NCBI GenBank assembly: GCA_964422395.1
Contig: CAYRAO010000007.1
Span: 11,491 to 75,490, forward strand
Source of the DNA: an uncultured Clostridia bacterium
GTDB lineage: Bacteria > Acidobacteriota > Aminicenantia > UBA2199
DNA: 64,000 bases
Direction of reading: 5' to 3'
The stretch's first letter is position 1. The number at the start of each line of letters is the position of its first letter. Below the pieces are notes generated by a model, which was not told the origin of the DNA, ran no database searches, and was given only the letters and a program-made list of their open reading frames with translations. This document shows positions 20,171 to 28,250 of this stretch, one piece after another. The position numbers and the translations under genes are program-made.

Positions 20171-21628
20171 CTATTTTTTCTCCGGTGACATATTCCCAAG
20201 ATTTTTATCAAGGTTTAATTTAAGAAAATCAAACCATTTTTTATATTCCCTATTTCTTATATTTAACGATTTTGCTCTTCCGGCATAATAAAAAGATGTC
20301 AGATATTTACCCTCCGAATACGATATTTTCGATTTCAAGAAATTTGCGTAAGGATTAAAATTGTTTAAAAGTAAAACTTTCCCTAAATATCTATCGGAAT
20401 TTTTTTTATCTCCCTTGGCATAATTTGTTGTTGCCAACCCCATAAGCGATTTATGGTTATACTTATTAAAATTCAGGCTTTTTTTAAAATATAACTCCGC
20501 TTTATCAAATCTTTTAAAATTCATATGAAATGATCCGGATTTTCTATTGCTTGAAGAAGTAAAAACAAGCAGTTGTATCAAAATGAATGAAACGGCTAAT
20601 ATGATATTAATTTTTGGTAGCGGATCGTTCTTCCTATAAATTTGAGATATTATCAAAGTAAAGATTAGGGACGCAGGAAAAAAATAGAAACCTATGTCAA
20701 TTAAATTGTACAATACCACTATCAGTAGAGCGGTAATATACAATGCATTTTCGTCATTAATTTGAAAATACAACTTTTTTCTGAATAAAAAAAGGAGTAG
20801 AATACCAATTATCAAGAAAAATATTCCGATTTCAGAAGTGATCTGGAGAATAAAATTGTGGGAATATATTGAGCGTGCCTCTCCGGGATAAGTAAAACCT
20901 GATATTTTTGATTCATAATTTCCCAAGCCGATTCCGAGAAGAGGACTCGTTTTTATTATCCTAACGGCTTGATTCCAATTGGATATCCTCAACCTGATCG
21001 GTTCTAAATTTTTAGCTTCGGAAAACCTTAATCCGATTATTATGAATAAGAATACCGATAGGATCATCATAAGCGGAACAAAAAATTTACTGTTGAATCT
21101 GCCGGAAAGAAAAAAGTACAATGGAAATCCTGTAAGTAAGTAGAGTATTCCGGAAAAAGACTGCGTTAAAATTATATTAAACATTCCTGTTGTAAACAGT
21201 ATTAACCAGAAGATTTTTATACTGTTTTTTTTTGAATTAATCAGGTAATGAAAAATTGCCAACAGTAAAATTGCACAAACAAATGTATACAAAGTAGGCA
21301 ATGAAAACACCGAGAAGATCCTCCCGCTTTTTACCCTCTCCACCATCGCCTCGGATACGGTGGAAATACCGGCATCCAAGTTATTTAGGTAAATAGGAAA
21401 CAGTAAATATTTTTGAATAATTCCGTACGTGAATATCAAAGATGAAGATAATACCGTAAGGATACGAATAATCCTTTTTAAATTAAAATATCTGAATACA
21501 AAAAAGAGAGATATAAATAAAGCAAAAAATATTGTTCTTTTGAAAAAATCTGTTTTTATATCACTTACGGAATAGTTAAATAGAATAAAAAACAGTGCTA
21601 CAAAAAAATAAAATGTTCTTTTTATCAA
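20171..21628 (-). CDS. O-antigen ligase family (Wzy_C) membrane protein with C-terminal TPR region; candidate pilin O-oligosaccharyltransferase
   Basis: 485 aa with multiple TM helices and the loop ISNWNQAVRIIKTSPLLGIGLGNYE. C-terminal TPR-like repeats (YFKKSLNFNKYNHKSLMGLATTNYAKGD...). Confidence 0.7.
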   Translation of the reverse strand: MIKRTFYFFVALFFILFNYSVSDIKTDFFKRTIFFALFISLFFVFRYFNLKRIIRILTVLSSSLIFTYGIIQKYLLFPIYLNNLDAGISTVSEAMVERVKSGRIFSVFSLPTLYTFVCAILLLAIFHYLINSKKNSIKIFWLILFTTGMFNIILTQSFSGILYLLTGFPLYFFLSGRFNSKFFVPLMMILSVFLFIIIGLRFSEAKNLEPIRLRISNWNQAVRIIKTSPLLGIGLGNYESKISGFTYPGEARSIYSHNFILQITSEIGIFFLIIGILLLFLFRKKLYFQINDENALYITALLIVVLYNLIDIGFYFFPASLIFTLIISQIYRKNDPLPKINIILAVSFILIQLLVFTSSSNRKSGSFHMNFKRFDKAELYFKKSLNFNKYNHKSLMGLATTNYAKGDKKNSDRYLGKVLLLNNFNPYANFLKSKISYSEGKYLTSFYYAGRAKSLNIRNREYKKWFDFLKLNLDKNLGNMSPEKK

Positions 21629-21652
21629 TGTAAATATATTAATCTGTCAGTG

Positions 21653-21686
21653 CAAAAAAAAACGGCTGATAAAATATCAGCCGTTT
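21653..21686 (-). terminator. Rho-independent terminator, bidirectional, downstream of the pilin gene
   Basis: Hairpin CGGCTGATA-aaa-TATCAGCCG at 21662-21682. It is flanked by A8 on one side and T4 on the other, so the minus-strand transcript reads stem-loop followed by TTTTTTTT. Confidence 0.7.
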
Positions 21687-21706
21687 TCATATTTAAATCA
21701 AATACT

Positions 21707-22153
21707 CTACTTAACTCTCGGACCCCAAACAAAAGAACCATTTTGAAAGACAATATCATTATTAAATCCAGCTAAACTAGTAACAACGTAGCTACCAACA
21801 CTTACAGGATCCGGTGTTCTATTTTTTCCGAAAGAATGAATGGTATATAACTCATCAGGACGTGATCTCAGGTAATTCCAAGTTCCGCCCCATCCGTCTT
21901 GTATTGGAAAATGCGGCATATAAAAATCTCTATGCCTACCGAATCCATCATCTTCAAGGGTAGTAGGTGCAATATAAAAATCTGTCATATATGCTGAACA
22001 TGCTGTTCCAATTGTTTTCATATCCGCCATAGTCGCTTTTTGCTTACCTTTTTGTATAGCCACAAGCAAATTGGGAATTGCTATAGCAGCTATAATACCG
22101 ATGATTGCAACAACAATCAAAAGTTCGATTAACGTAAAACCTTTTTTGTTCAT
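21707..22153 (-). CDS. pilA: Type IVa pilin (prepilin with N-terminal methylation motif)
   Basis: MNKKG|FTLIELLIVVAIIGIIAAIAIPNLL. The short leader ends in Gly, followed by Phe+1 and Glu+5. 148 aa. RBS AAGGAGG. Confidence 0.88.
   Translation of the reverse strand: MNKKGFTLIELLIVVAIIGIIAAIAIPNLLVAIQKGKQKATMADMKTIGTACSAYMTDFYIAPTTLEDDGFGRHRDFYMPHFPIQDGWGGTWNYLRSRPDELYTIHSFGKNRTPDPVSVGSYVVTSLAGFNNDIVFQNGSFVWGPRVK
22030..22153 (-). repeat. Pilin N-terminal coding repeat, copy 1 (~85% nt identity to 22610-22732)
   Basis: Direct comparison of the two pilin 5' regions shows long identical runs (GCCACAAGCAAATTGGGAATTGCTATAGC...). Confidence 0.8.
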
Positions 22154-22189
22154 AAGAACCTCCTTAAATTTTTTAGGTTACTTGATACA

Positions 22190-22205
22190 TGCAATAATCT
22201 TGCCA
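22190..22205 (-). promoter_or_regulatory. Sigma54 (RpoN) -24/-12 promoter for pilin 21707-22153
   Basis: The minus strand reads TGGCAAGATTATTGCA, with GG and GC exactly 10 nt apart, against the consensus TGGCACG-N4-TTGCW. It lies about 37 nt upstream of the ATG with the RBS in between. Confidence 0.6.
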
Positions 22206-22288
22206 CATTTGGTCTTTAATGATAGCGTTGAGTTTTGCAAGATACCGGATAAAATGCAACAAAGTGTCGTAATGAGTGACATAATTTG

Positions 22289-22732
22289 TCATTTTATGCT
22301 TGGACCATACGCAAGCAGTCCTCTGGAAAAAATAATATCCTTATTAAAATCTTGCAAAGAATTTACTATATATATACCCGATTGATCATATCCCCCAAAC
22401 ACATTGTCTTTTCCAGGAGAAACTATCGAATATAGTTGAGTCATTGAATTGTCTCTTGCATAAAGCCATGAATTTCCCCAGGCATCAACTTCAGGGAAAT
22501 TTTTAATGTAAAAATCTCCGTTATTTCCAAATGTCATATCCGACGGAGCCTGACAATTGTCCGTAACGTATATTTCAATGGATGTTGCAAGAGTTCTCAT
22601 ATCGGCTATAGTTGCTTTCTGCTTACTCTTTTGAATAGCCACAAGCAAATTGGGAATTGCTATAGCTGCAATTATACCGATTATGGCAACGACAATAAGT
22701 AATTCTATTAAAGTAAAACCCCTTTTGGTCAT
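22289..22732 (-). CDS. pilA: Type IVa pilin paralogue
   Basis: MTKRG|FTLIELLIVVAIIGIIAAIAIPNLLVAIQKSKQKATIADM. The first ~45 residues are near-identical to the downstream pilin; the C-terminal globular part is divergent. 147 aa. Confidence 0.88.
   Translation of the reverse strand: MTKRGFTLIELLIVVAIIGIIAAIAIPNLLVAIQKSKQKATIADMRTLATSIEIYVTDNCQAPSDMTFGNNGDFYIKNFPEVDAWGNSWLYARDNSMTQLYSIVSPGKDNVFGGYDQSGIYIVNSLQDFNKDIIFSRGLLAYGPSIK
22610..22732 (-). repeat. Pilin N-terminal coding repeat, copy 2
   Basis: See copy 1. Confidence 0.8.
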
Positions 22733-22768
22733 TGTAATCCTCCTTACACTCCTTCTTAAACATGTAAA

Positions 22769-22783
22769 GCAATTTAGATTCCA
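22769..22783 (-). promoter_or_regulatory. Weaker sigma54-like -24/-12 element for pilin 22289-22732
   Basis: The minus strand reads tTGGAATCTAAATTGCt with correct GG-N10-GC spacing, about 37 nt upstream of the ATG. This geometry matches the downstream pilin promoter. The dyad GATATTGAGAATATC at 22795-22809 lies just upstream. Confidence 0.4.
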
Positions 22784-22857
22784 ATTGATAAACCGATATT
22801 GAGAATATCAATATTTACTTTAATAAATGGAAATTTTGGATTTGATGATTCCGGTAA

Positions 22858-24213
22858 TTAGAAAAAATCTTCCGAAGAATCATAATTATGAAATTTTGTA
22901 AACTTATCTATAAATGCCAATTCAATCTTTCCCGTAGGACCGTTTCTTTGTTTGGCAATAATCAGATCGGCAATTCCTTTTCTCTCCGTATCTTTTTCAT
23001 TTTGCTCATCTCTATGGAGAAACATTATCACGTCTGCATCTTGTTCGATTGCACCGCTCTCTTTAAGGTCTGACAACTGATATTTGCGACTGCCTCTCTG
23101 TTCGGGAGACCTATTAAGCTGTGCCATGGCAACAACGGGAATTTGAAGTTCTTTTGCAAGTTCCTTAAGAGAAGCGGAAATTATTGAAACTTCCTGAGCT
23201 CTTGAATCACTTCTTCTAAGATTTTCACCTGTCACTTTCATTAGTTGGAGATAATCCACAAAAACGATATCCAATCCGCTCTCCCTCTGAAGACGTCTTG
23301 CTCTCGTTTTCATCTCAAGGACGGACAGAGTAGCAGAATCATCAATATAAATATTACTTTTTGAAATAGCTTCTGCTGCCAATTCCAATTTTTTCCACTC
23401 TTGCTTTGTAAGACTATATTTACCTCTTATAAGAGCACTCATGTTAACTTCAGCTTCGGTGGCAAGCAGTCTCAGCATGATCTGAAGTCTCGACATTTCA
23501 ATAGAAAAAAAACCTACCGATCTATTCTCTTTTATCGCAATATTTGAGGCAATATTCAACCCTAAAGCGGTTTTACCCATTGAAGGTCTTGCCGCAACAA
23601 TAATCAGATCACTTTGCTGAAATCCTCCGGTCATGTCATCAAGTTCATAAAAACCTGATTTTAGTCCCCCCGAATCTCCATGCTTTTGAATTTCTCTGAT
23701 CTTATTAATGGTTTGTGGAATAATTATTTTTGAAGATTTGAAGCCGTCATCAATCTCAGATCCGGCTATCTTGATTATATCATCTTGAAGCTTTGCAAGA
23801 ATTGATCTGACATCAGCTTTAGGTTCAATCCCTCTTGAAATCACATCGGAGGAGGTGGTAATTATCTTTCTAAGTACCGATTTCTCTTTTACAATGTTAA
23901 CATAATCTGAAATATCAAAATTTTCAGGAATACCGTCAGTGAGTGAATTAAGATATGTATAACCTCCGACAAACTTTAACTCGTCTTTTCCGAGATGCTC
24001 ACCGATTGTTAATGTATCCGCTTTTTTACCGGATTCATATACGTTGTATATACCGGCAGCTATGGTTTTATTTGAAGTACGGAAAAAATCGTCCGAATTT
24101 ATCTCGTTAAATACCAAATCAATATTTCTGTTATCAATCAACATTGCCCCCAAAACAGCTTTTTCCGCTAAATCGCTGTTAGGGAGCTTGGTCGATTCAG
24201 AAAAATTATTCAC
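22858..24213 (-). CDS. dnaB: Replicative DNA helicase
   Basis: 451 aa. N-terminal DnaB domain (AEKAVLGAMLID), Walker A in ARPSMGKTALGLNIA, and RecA-like C-terminal motifs. Confidence 0.93.
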   Translation of the reverse strand: MNNFSESTKLPNSDLAEKAVLGAMLIDNRNIDLVFNEINSDDFFRTSNKTIAAGIYNVYESGKKADTLTIGEHLGKDELKFVGGYTYLNSLTDGIPENFDISDYVNIVKEKSVLRKIITTSSDVISRGIEPKADVRSILAKLQDDIIKIAGSEIDDGFKSSKIIIPQTINKIREIQKHGDSGGLKSGFYELDDMTGGFQQSDLIIVAARPSMGKTALGLNIASNIAIKENRSVGFFSIEMSRLQIMLRLLATEAEVNMSALIRGKYSLTKQEWKKLELAAEAISKSNIYIDDSATLSVLEMKTRARRLQRESGLDIVFVDYLQLMKVTGENLRRSDSRAQEVSIISASLKELAKELQIPVVAMAQLNRSPEQRGSRKYQLSDLKESGAIEQDADVIMFLHRDEQNEKDTERKGIADLIIAKQRNGPTGKIELAFIDKFTKFHNYDSSEDFF

Positions 24214-24718
24214 TTTCTTCTGGTACAGATTCTTCTTTTTCCTTTATTTCCGATTTCGGTTCCGGTTCTTCTTTTCCCTCTTTAGTAACGATTATTGGCA
24301 ATTTGGCTTCAACATCTTCAAAAAGTTTGATCTTGCAAATAAACTCACCCAGCTTTTTTATCGGTTCATCAAGATGAATTCTCTTCCTCTCAATTTCTAC
24401 ACCTAACTCGTGAAGTTTTTTCTCTATTTCAATAGTTGTAACCGATCCGAACAATATATCGTTTTCGCCGGCTTTCTTTTCTATCTTGATCTTGAGGTTT
24501 TCGATTCTTTCCTTCTGCTCTTCTGCTGAAAGTTTTTCTATTTCCCGTTTTTTGTCTGCTTTCTTTTTCCTGAATACCATTATTTCGAGATTATGTTTAG
24601 ATACTTCAAGAGCAAAATTATTTGGGAAAAGGTAATTACGGGCAAATCCGGGCTTGACATCAACCTGATCCCCTACTTTACCCAATTTTTCAATGTCTGC
24701 ATTCAATAGAACTTTCAT
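24206..24718 (-). CDS. rplI: 50S ribosomal protein L9 with acidic C-terminal tail
   Basis: MKVLLNADIEKLGKVGDQVDVKPGFARNYLFP. Start set at MKV (24718), with GGAGAGG 5 nt upstream. Confidence 0.9.
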   Translation of the reverse strand: MKVLLNADIEKLGKVGDQVDVKPGFARNYLFPNNFALEVSKHNLEIMVFRKKKADKKREIEKLSAEEQKERIENLKIKIEKKAGENDILFGSVTTIEIEKKLHELGVEIERKRIHLDEPIKKLGEFICKIKLFEDVEAKLPIIVTKEGKEEPEPKSEIKEKEESVPEESE

Positions 24719-24719
24719 T

Positions 24720-24992
24720 TTATCCTCTCCTGGACTCAATAAATTTCAGAAGAGCCATATGCCTTGCCCGCTTTATAGCTTTACTGAGTTGCTTTTGATG
24801 ATATGCACATGTTCCCGTAACTCTTGCAGGAAGAATTTTCCCCGTTTCAAGAATATAATTCCCAAGTTCGGTTGATTTCTTATAATCAATAAATCTTATC
24901 CTGTCTTTACAAAAAGAACAATATTTTTTTCTTGAAAAATACTGTTTTTTGGGAAATCTGGAAGGTCTTGACGGTCTACTTGGACTCTGCAT
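24720..24992 (-). CDS. rpsR: 30S ribosomal protein S18
   Basis: CSFCKDRIRFIDYKKSTELGNYILETGKILPARVTGTCAYHQKQLSKAIKRARHMALL. Confidence 0.92.
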   Translation of the reverse strand: MQSPSRPSRPSRFPKKQYFSRKKYCSFCKDRIRFIDYKKSTELGNYILETGKILPARVTGTCAYHQKQLSKAIKRARHMALLKFIESRRG

Positions 24993-25632
24993 TTTCTACC
25001 TCCTCGTCTGCTTTCTTATCTTTTTTTGCTGTTGATTTTTTTGTTTTCGTCTCTTTTTTAGGTAACACCTCTACCTCTTTTTCCTCTTTAACCGTTTCGG
25101 TTTTTACTTTAGGCTCTTCAGCTTTTTCAGCTTTCTTCTCTTCCTTTATTTCATCAGTCACCTTGGTTTCCCGCTCAATTTGCTCACTCTTTTTCGTATC
25201 TTTCACTTCTGCTTTTTTTGATTCGGAATTAGATTTTGTTGACTGTTCGGAAACTCTCTCTCTTCCTGATTCTACTGTAGATTTTTTTGAGAATTTTTCC
25301 ATTCTCTTCCATTTCTTTTCCAACTTGTTGGTTTTTTTAAGTTTGTCATCAAGACGGATAACGATAAATCTCATAACCTTTTCATTCAGTTTTAATCTCC
25401 TTTCAACAGTAGCTATTACATCTCCCGGTGCTTGTGTTTTTATAAAAACGTAAACACCCTCTTTGTGCTTTTCAATCGGATAGGCAAGAGCTTTACGCCC
25501 CCAATCGTCAACACTTTCAATTGTACCTTTTCCCTTTGTTAGGATTTCGGTTATGGAATTCTTAATTTTTTCCGCCTCCTCTTCAGCGGTGTCAGGATTG
25601 ATTATCAATCCTATTTCATAATCTCTTTTCAT
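24976..25632 (-). CDS. rpsF: 30S ribosomal protein S6 with long K/E-rich C-terminal extension
   Basis: MKRDYEIGLIINPD...GRKALAYPIEKHKEGVYVFIK, followed by a tail of about 100 aa of low-complexity K/E. Confidence 0.9.
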   Translation of the reverse strand: MKRDYEIGLIINPDTAEEEAEKIKNSITEILTKGKGTIESVDDWGRKALAYPIEKHKEGVYVFIKTQAPGDVIATVERRLKLNEKVMRFIVIRLDDKLKKTNKLEKKWKRMEKFSKKSTVESGRERVSEQSTKSNSESKKAEVKDTKKSEQIERETKVTDEIKEEKKAEKAEEPKVKTETVKEEKEVEVLPKKETKTKKSTAKKDKKADEEVENAESK

Positions 25633-25689
25633 TTTACCTCCTTTTGGATTTCAGCCTCCCTCGTAAAAGGGAAGCAAAGAGTTATATGT

Positions 25690-26379
25690 TTATTTTTCTT
25701 TATCTTCCGTACTTTTTTCCTCTTTGTTTTCTTTATCGGACTTCCCTTCTTCAACCTCTTCTTCCACACCTTCTTCACCTTCTTCCAACTCATCCTCTTC
25801 AGCAACCTCTTCCTCTGCCGAACCCTTCAGAGATACGGCACAAATTACACGACCTGAGCTTGAAAGCAGTTCCGTATCTTCATCAAGCTCAATTATTTCG
25901 AACTTAAGAGAATGACCTACATGAAGATCGGTAATATCAATCTCAAATTTACTGGGAATTTTGGCAGGAAGACATCTAATATCGACCTCTCTGTTTACAA
26001 AATCGAGTATTCCATCCTCAAGTCTTACTCCGACAGGTTCGCCCGTCAATACAATCGGAACACTTACGTCAATCTTTTTCTTTAAATCAATTCTAATAAA
26101 ATCAGCATGAATAATGTTGCTTGAAAGGTAATCGTACTGAATGTCTTTTAACATTGCATCAACTTCTATTTTATCTCTTTTGATTTTCAAGATAGTATTT
26201 TCACCCATTTCGGCTTTCAGTATTTTCTTAATATAGTCCAAATCTATCGAAATGGGAATTGAATCTTTATCTTCACCGTATATTATTGCAGGAATTTTCC
26301 CCTCTCTCCTAATCCTCTTTGCAACCTGCTTCCCTACATTATCTCTTGACTGTGCTTTAACTTCCATTATATTTTCCAT
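25690..26379 (-). CDS. rplY: 50S ribosomal protein L25 / general stress protein Ctc
   Basis: EVKAQSRDNVGKQVAKRIRREGKIPAIIYG in the N-terminal domain. Acidic C-terminal tail. Confidence 0.88.
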   Translation of the reverse strand: MENIMEVKAQSRDNVGKQVAKRIRREGKIPAIIYGEDKDSIPISIDLDYIKKILKAEMGENTILKIKRDKIEVDAMLKDIQYDYLSSNIIHADFIRIDLKKKIDVSVPIVLTGEPVGVRLEDGILDFVNREVDIRCLPAKIPSKFEIDITDLHVGHSLKFEIIELDEDTELLSSSGRVICAVSLKGSAEEEVAEEDELEEGEEGVEEEVEEGKSDKENKEEKSTEDKEK

Positions 26380-26390
26380 ATTTCACCTCT

Positions 26391-27335
26391 TTATTTGAAT
26401 AAACTTGAAACCGAAGTTTCCTTGTTAATGCTACTTATTGCTCTTGCAAAAAGACTTGAAACGGTTAGGACTTCGATCTTATTACTTTTTAAAAGTCTCT
26501 CCTCCAAAGGGATTGTATCTGTGATAAACAATTTTTCTATTGGAGAATTTGTAAGACGTTCCAATGCTTTACCTGAAAGAACTCCATGAGTACATGCGGC
26601 AAATATCCTTTTTGCCCCATTTTTTCTTAAAGCTTTTACTGTTTCCGTCATAGTTCCGGCAGTATCAATTATATCATCCACAATTATTGCATTTTTATCA
26701 TTTACGTCACCAATTATATGCATAATTTCAGCAACATTTGCTTCTTCTCTCCGTTTATCTGCAATTGCAAGTCCTGACTTCAGCTTTTGTGAAAATATTC
26801 TCGCTCTTTCAACACCGCCTGCATCAGGCGAAACAATAACAAGATTTTTAAGCCTCATTTTCTTAAAATGGGAAATAAAAATAGGGAGTGCCATAAGATT
26901 GTCGACCGGAATATTAAAAAAACCTTGAATCTGGTTTGCGTGAAGATCTATTGCAAGTATCCTTGAGAACCCCGATGTTTCCAAAAGATCCGCAATAAGC
27001 TTTGCGGAAATAGGTACTCTCGGTCTGTCTTTTCGGTCTTGTCTTGCATATGCATAATAGGGGATAACAGCAGTTATCCTTTTTGCAGAAGCTCTTTTAA
27101 AAGCATCACACATAAGCAGTAATTCCATGATATGAAAATTAATATCTTTCGTAAAAGATTGGATTATAAATACATCTGCACCCCTAACATTTTCCCAACT
27201 TTGAAATCTTATCTCTCCATCCGAAAAAACACCAAGATTCGCTTTACCCATCCTTTTTTTAAGATTGCTTACAATTTTTTTTGCAAGAGACACATTTGAT
27301 GAACCTGAGAAAATCAGATATTTATTCTTAATCAT
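26391..27335 (-). CDS. prs: Ribose-phosphate pyrophosphokinase
   Basis: Start reassigned to MIKNKYLIFSG at 27335, because the longer track ORF would run through the tRNA gene. The PRPP-binding motif IVDDIIDTAGT is present, and overall the sequence resembles PRPP synthetases. Confidence 0.9.
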   Translation of the reverse strand: MIKNKYLIFSGSSNVSLAKKIVSNLKKRMGKANLGVFSDGEIRFQSWENVRGADVFIIQSFTKDINFHIMELLLMCDAFKRASAKRITAVIPYYAYARQDRKDRPRVPISAKLIADLLETSGFSRILAIDLHANQIQGFFNIPVDNLMALPIFISHFKKMRLKNLVIVSPDAGGVERARIFSQKLKSGLAIADKRREEANVAEIMHIIGDVNDKNAIIVDDIIDTAGTMTETVKALRKNGAKRIFAACTHGVLSGKALERLTNSPIEKLFITDTIPLEERLLKSNKIEVLTVSSLFARAISSINKETSVSSLFK

Positions 27336-28249
27336 TTTTTTATCCTGGGGCGGGAGGATTCGAACCTCCGAGTGTCGGCTCCAAAAACCGATGCCTTTCC
27401 GCTTGGCCACGCCCCAATACTATTTTGGTATCTTTTTCTACTCAACAACTCTTCAAAAAACATTTTGGGGAAGATAGATTTCAGAGTAACTTTTTGCTCT
27501 TTAGAGTGGAAACAAAAAAGTGACGATCCTGTCCCGCTCATTGAAATATAATCTAACCCAATACTTTCCATTTTCATTTTCATCTTTTTTAATTCAGGGA
27601 GTACTTTAAACGTAGTAAATTCCAACTCGTTCTCCAGTGCAGAAATATCACCAGAACTTAAAAAGGAATTAATTTTACTTTTTAAGGTGGTTTTTGTCAA
27701 GTTAAACCTTGAGAAAATTTCTTTGGTAGATATGTTAATATTCGGAATAACCAATCCTACCGGTATTTCACCGAGATCTTCAAGGGGAGTTATTTTTTCC
27801 CCGATCCCTTCTCCCAAAACCGTACCTCCTGTAAAGAAAAAAGGTATGTCCGCTCCAATTGTACTTCCAAGTCTTTCCAGTCTCCTTTTTGAGATTTTAA
27901 GCTTAAAATAATCCGTTATAAACATCATTATCACCGCTGCATTCGAACTCCCGCCTCCGAGACCGGAACCAGGAGGAATACTTTTCTTTACATTAACATT
28001 AAACCCCTGATCAAGGTTAAATAAATCGTACATAAGACTAAAAGCCTTGCTGATGGTATTTGACTTATCCCAAAAGATGCTTTTATCATCCCCTGATAAA
28101 TGTATAAGTCCATCACTATTTTCAGTTATTTCAATTGTGTCATAAAGTGATATCGTTTGGAAAATTGTCTTCAACTTATGAAAACCATCATCCCTTTTCC
28201 CGATTATCTCCAATCCGATATTAACTTTTGCAAAAGATTTAAACTCCAT
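27332..28249 (-). CDS. ispE: 4-diphosphocytidyl-2-C-methyl-D-erythritol kinase. The reading frame has no stop before tRNA-Gln and continues through it.
   Basis: MEFKSFAKVNIGLEIIGKRDDGFHKL start at 28249, just after the upstream stop. GHMP kinase motif PPGSGLGGGSSNAA. The frame stays open across the whole tRNA (GAWPSGKASVFGADTRRFESSRP) and ends in an ATGA overlap with prs. Confidence 0.8.
   Translation of the reverse strand: MEFKSFAKVNIGLEIIGKRDDGFHKLKTIFQTISLYDTIEITENSDGLIHLSGDDKSIFWDKSNTISKAFSLMYDLFNLDQGFNVNVKKSIPPGSGLGGGSSNAAVIMMFITDYFKLKISKRRLERLGSTIGADIPFFFTGGTVLGEGIGEKITPLEDLGEIPVGLVIPNINISTKEIFSRFNLTKTTLKSKINSFLSSGDISALENELEFTTFKVLPELKKMKMKMESIGLDYISMSGTGSSLFCFHSKEQKVTLKSIFPKMFFEELLSRKRYQNSIGAWPSGKASVFGADTRRFESSRPRIKK
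27345..27416 (-). tRNA. tRNA-Gln (anticodon UUG)
   Basis: Hand-folded cloverleaf. Acceptor stem TGGGGCG/CGCCCCA, D-loop AGCGGAAA, anticodon stem TCGGT/GCCGA with loop TTTTGGA (UUG), and T-arm GGAGG-TTCGAAT-CCTCC. It closely parallels E. coli tRNA-Gln. No CCA is encoded. Confidence 0.85.
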
Positions 28250-28250
28250 A

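Noticed and set aside
22623-22811. 62-aa minus-strand ORF overlapping the 5' end of the second pilin
   Set aside because: It sits in an alternative frame over the pilin start and the sigma54 promoter region. No RBS. Spurious.
24240-25300. Short GAA/AAG-rich periodic stretches that could be mistaken for repeat arrays
   Set aside because: They are coding low-complexity (Lys/Glu) regions within ribosomal protein tails. There are no spacer/repeat units, so this is not a CRISPR or tandem repeat locus.
24932-25453. 173-aa Ser/Phe-rich plus-strand ORF, and a similar 63-aa ORF at 25724-25915
   Set aside because: Mirror-image translation of the K/E-rich low-complexity tails of rpsF and rplY on the other strand. 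This is a compositional artefact.
26391-27410. Longer prs ORF starting MAKRKGIGFWSRHSEVRILPP
   Set aside because: The extra 25 codons are simply the tRNA-Gln gene read in a protein frame. The real start is the downstream MIKNKY ATG.
27345-27416. tRNA-Gln as an integration hotspot for a genomic island
   Set aside because: No integrase, no direct repeat of the tRNA 3' end, and no compositional shift nearby. The flanking genes (ispE, prs) are the conserved neighbours.
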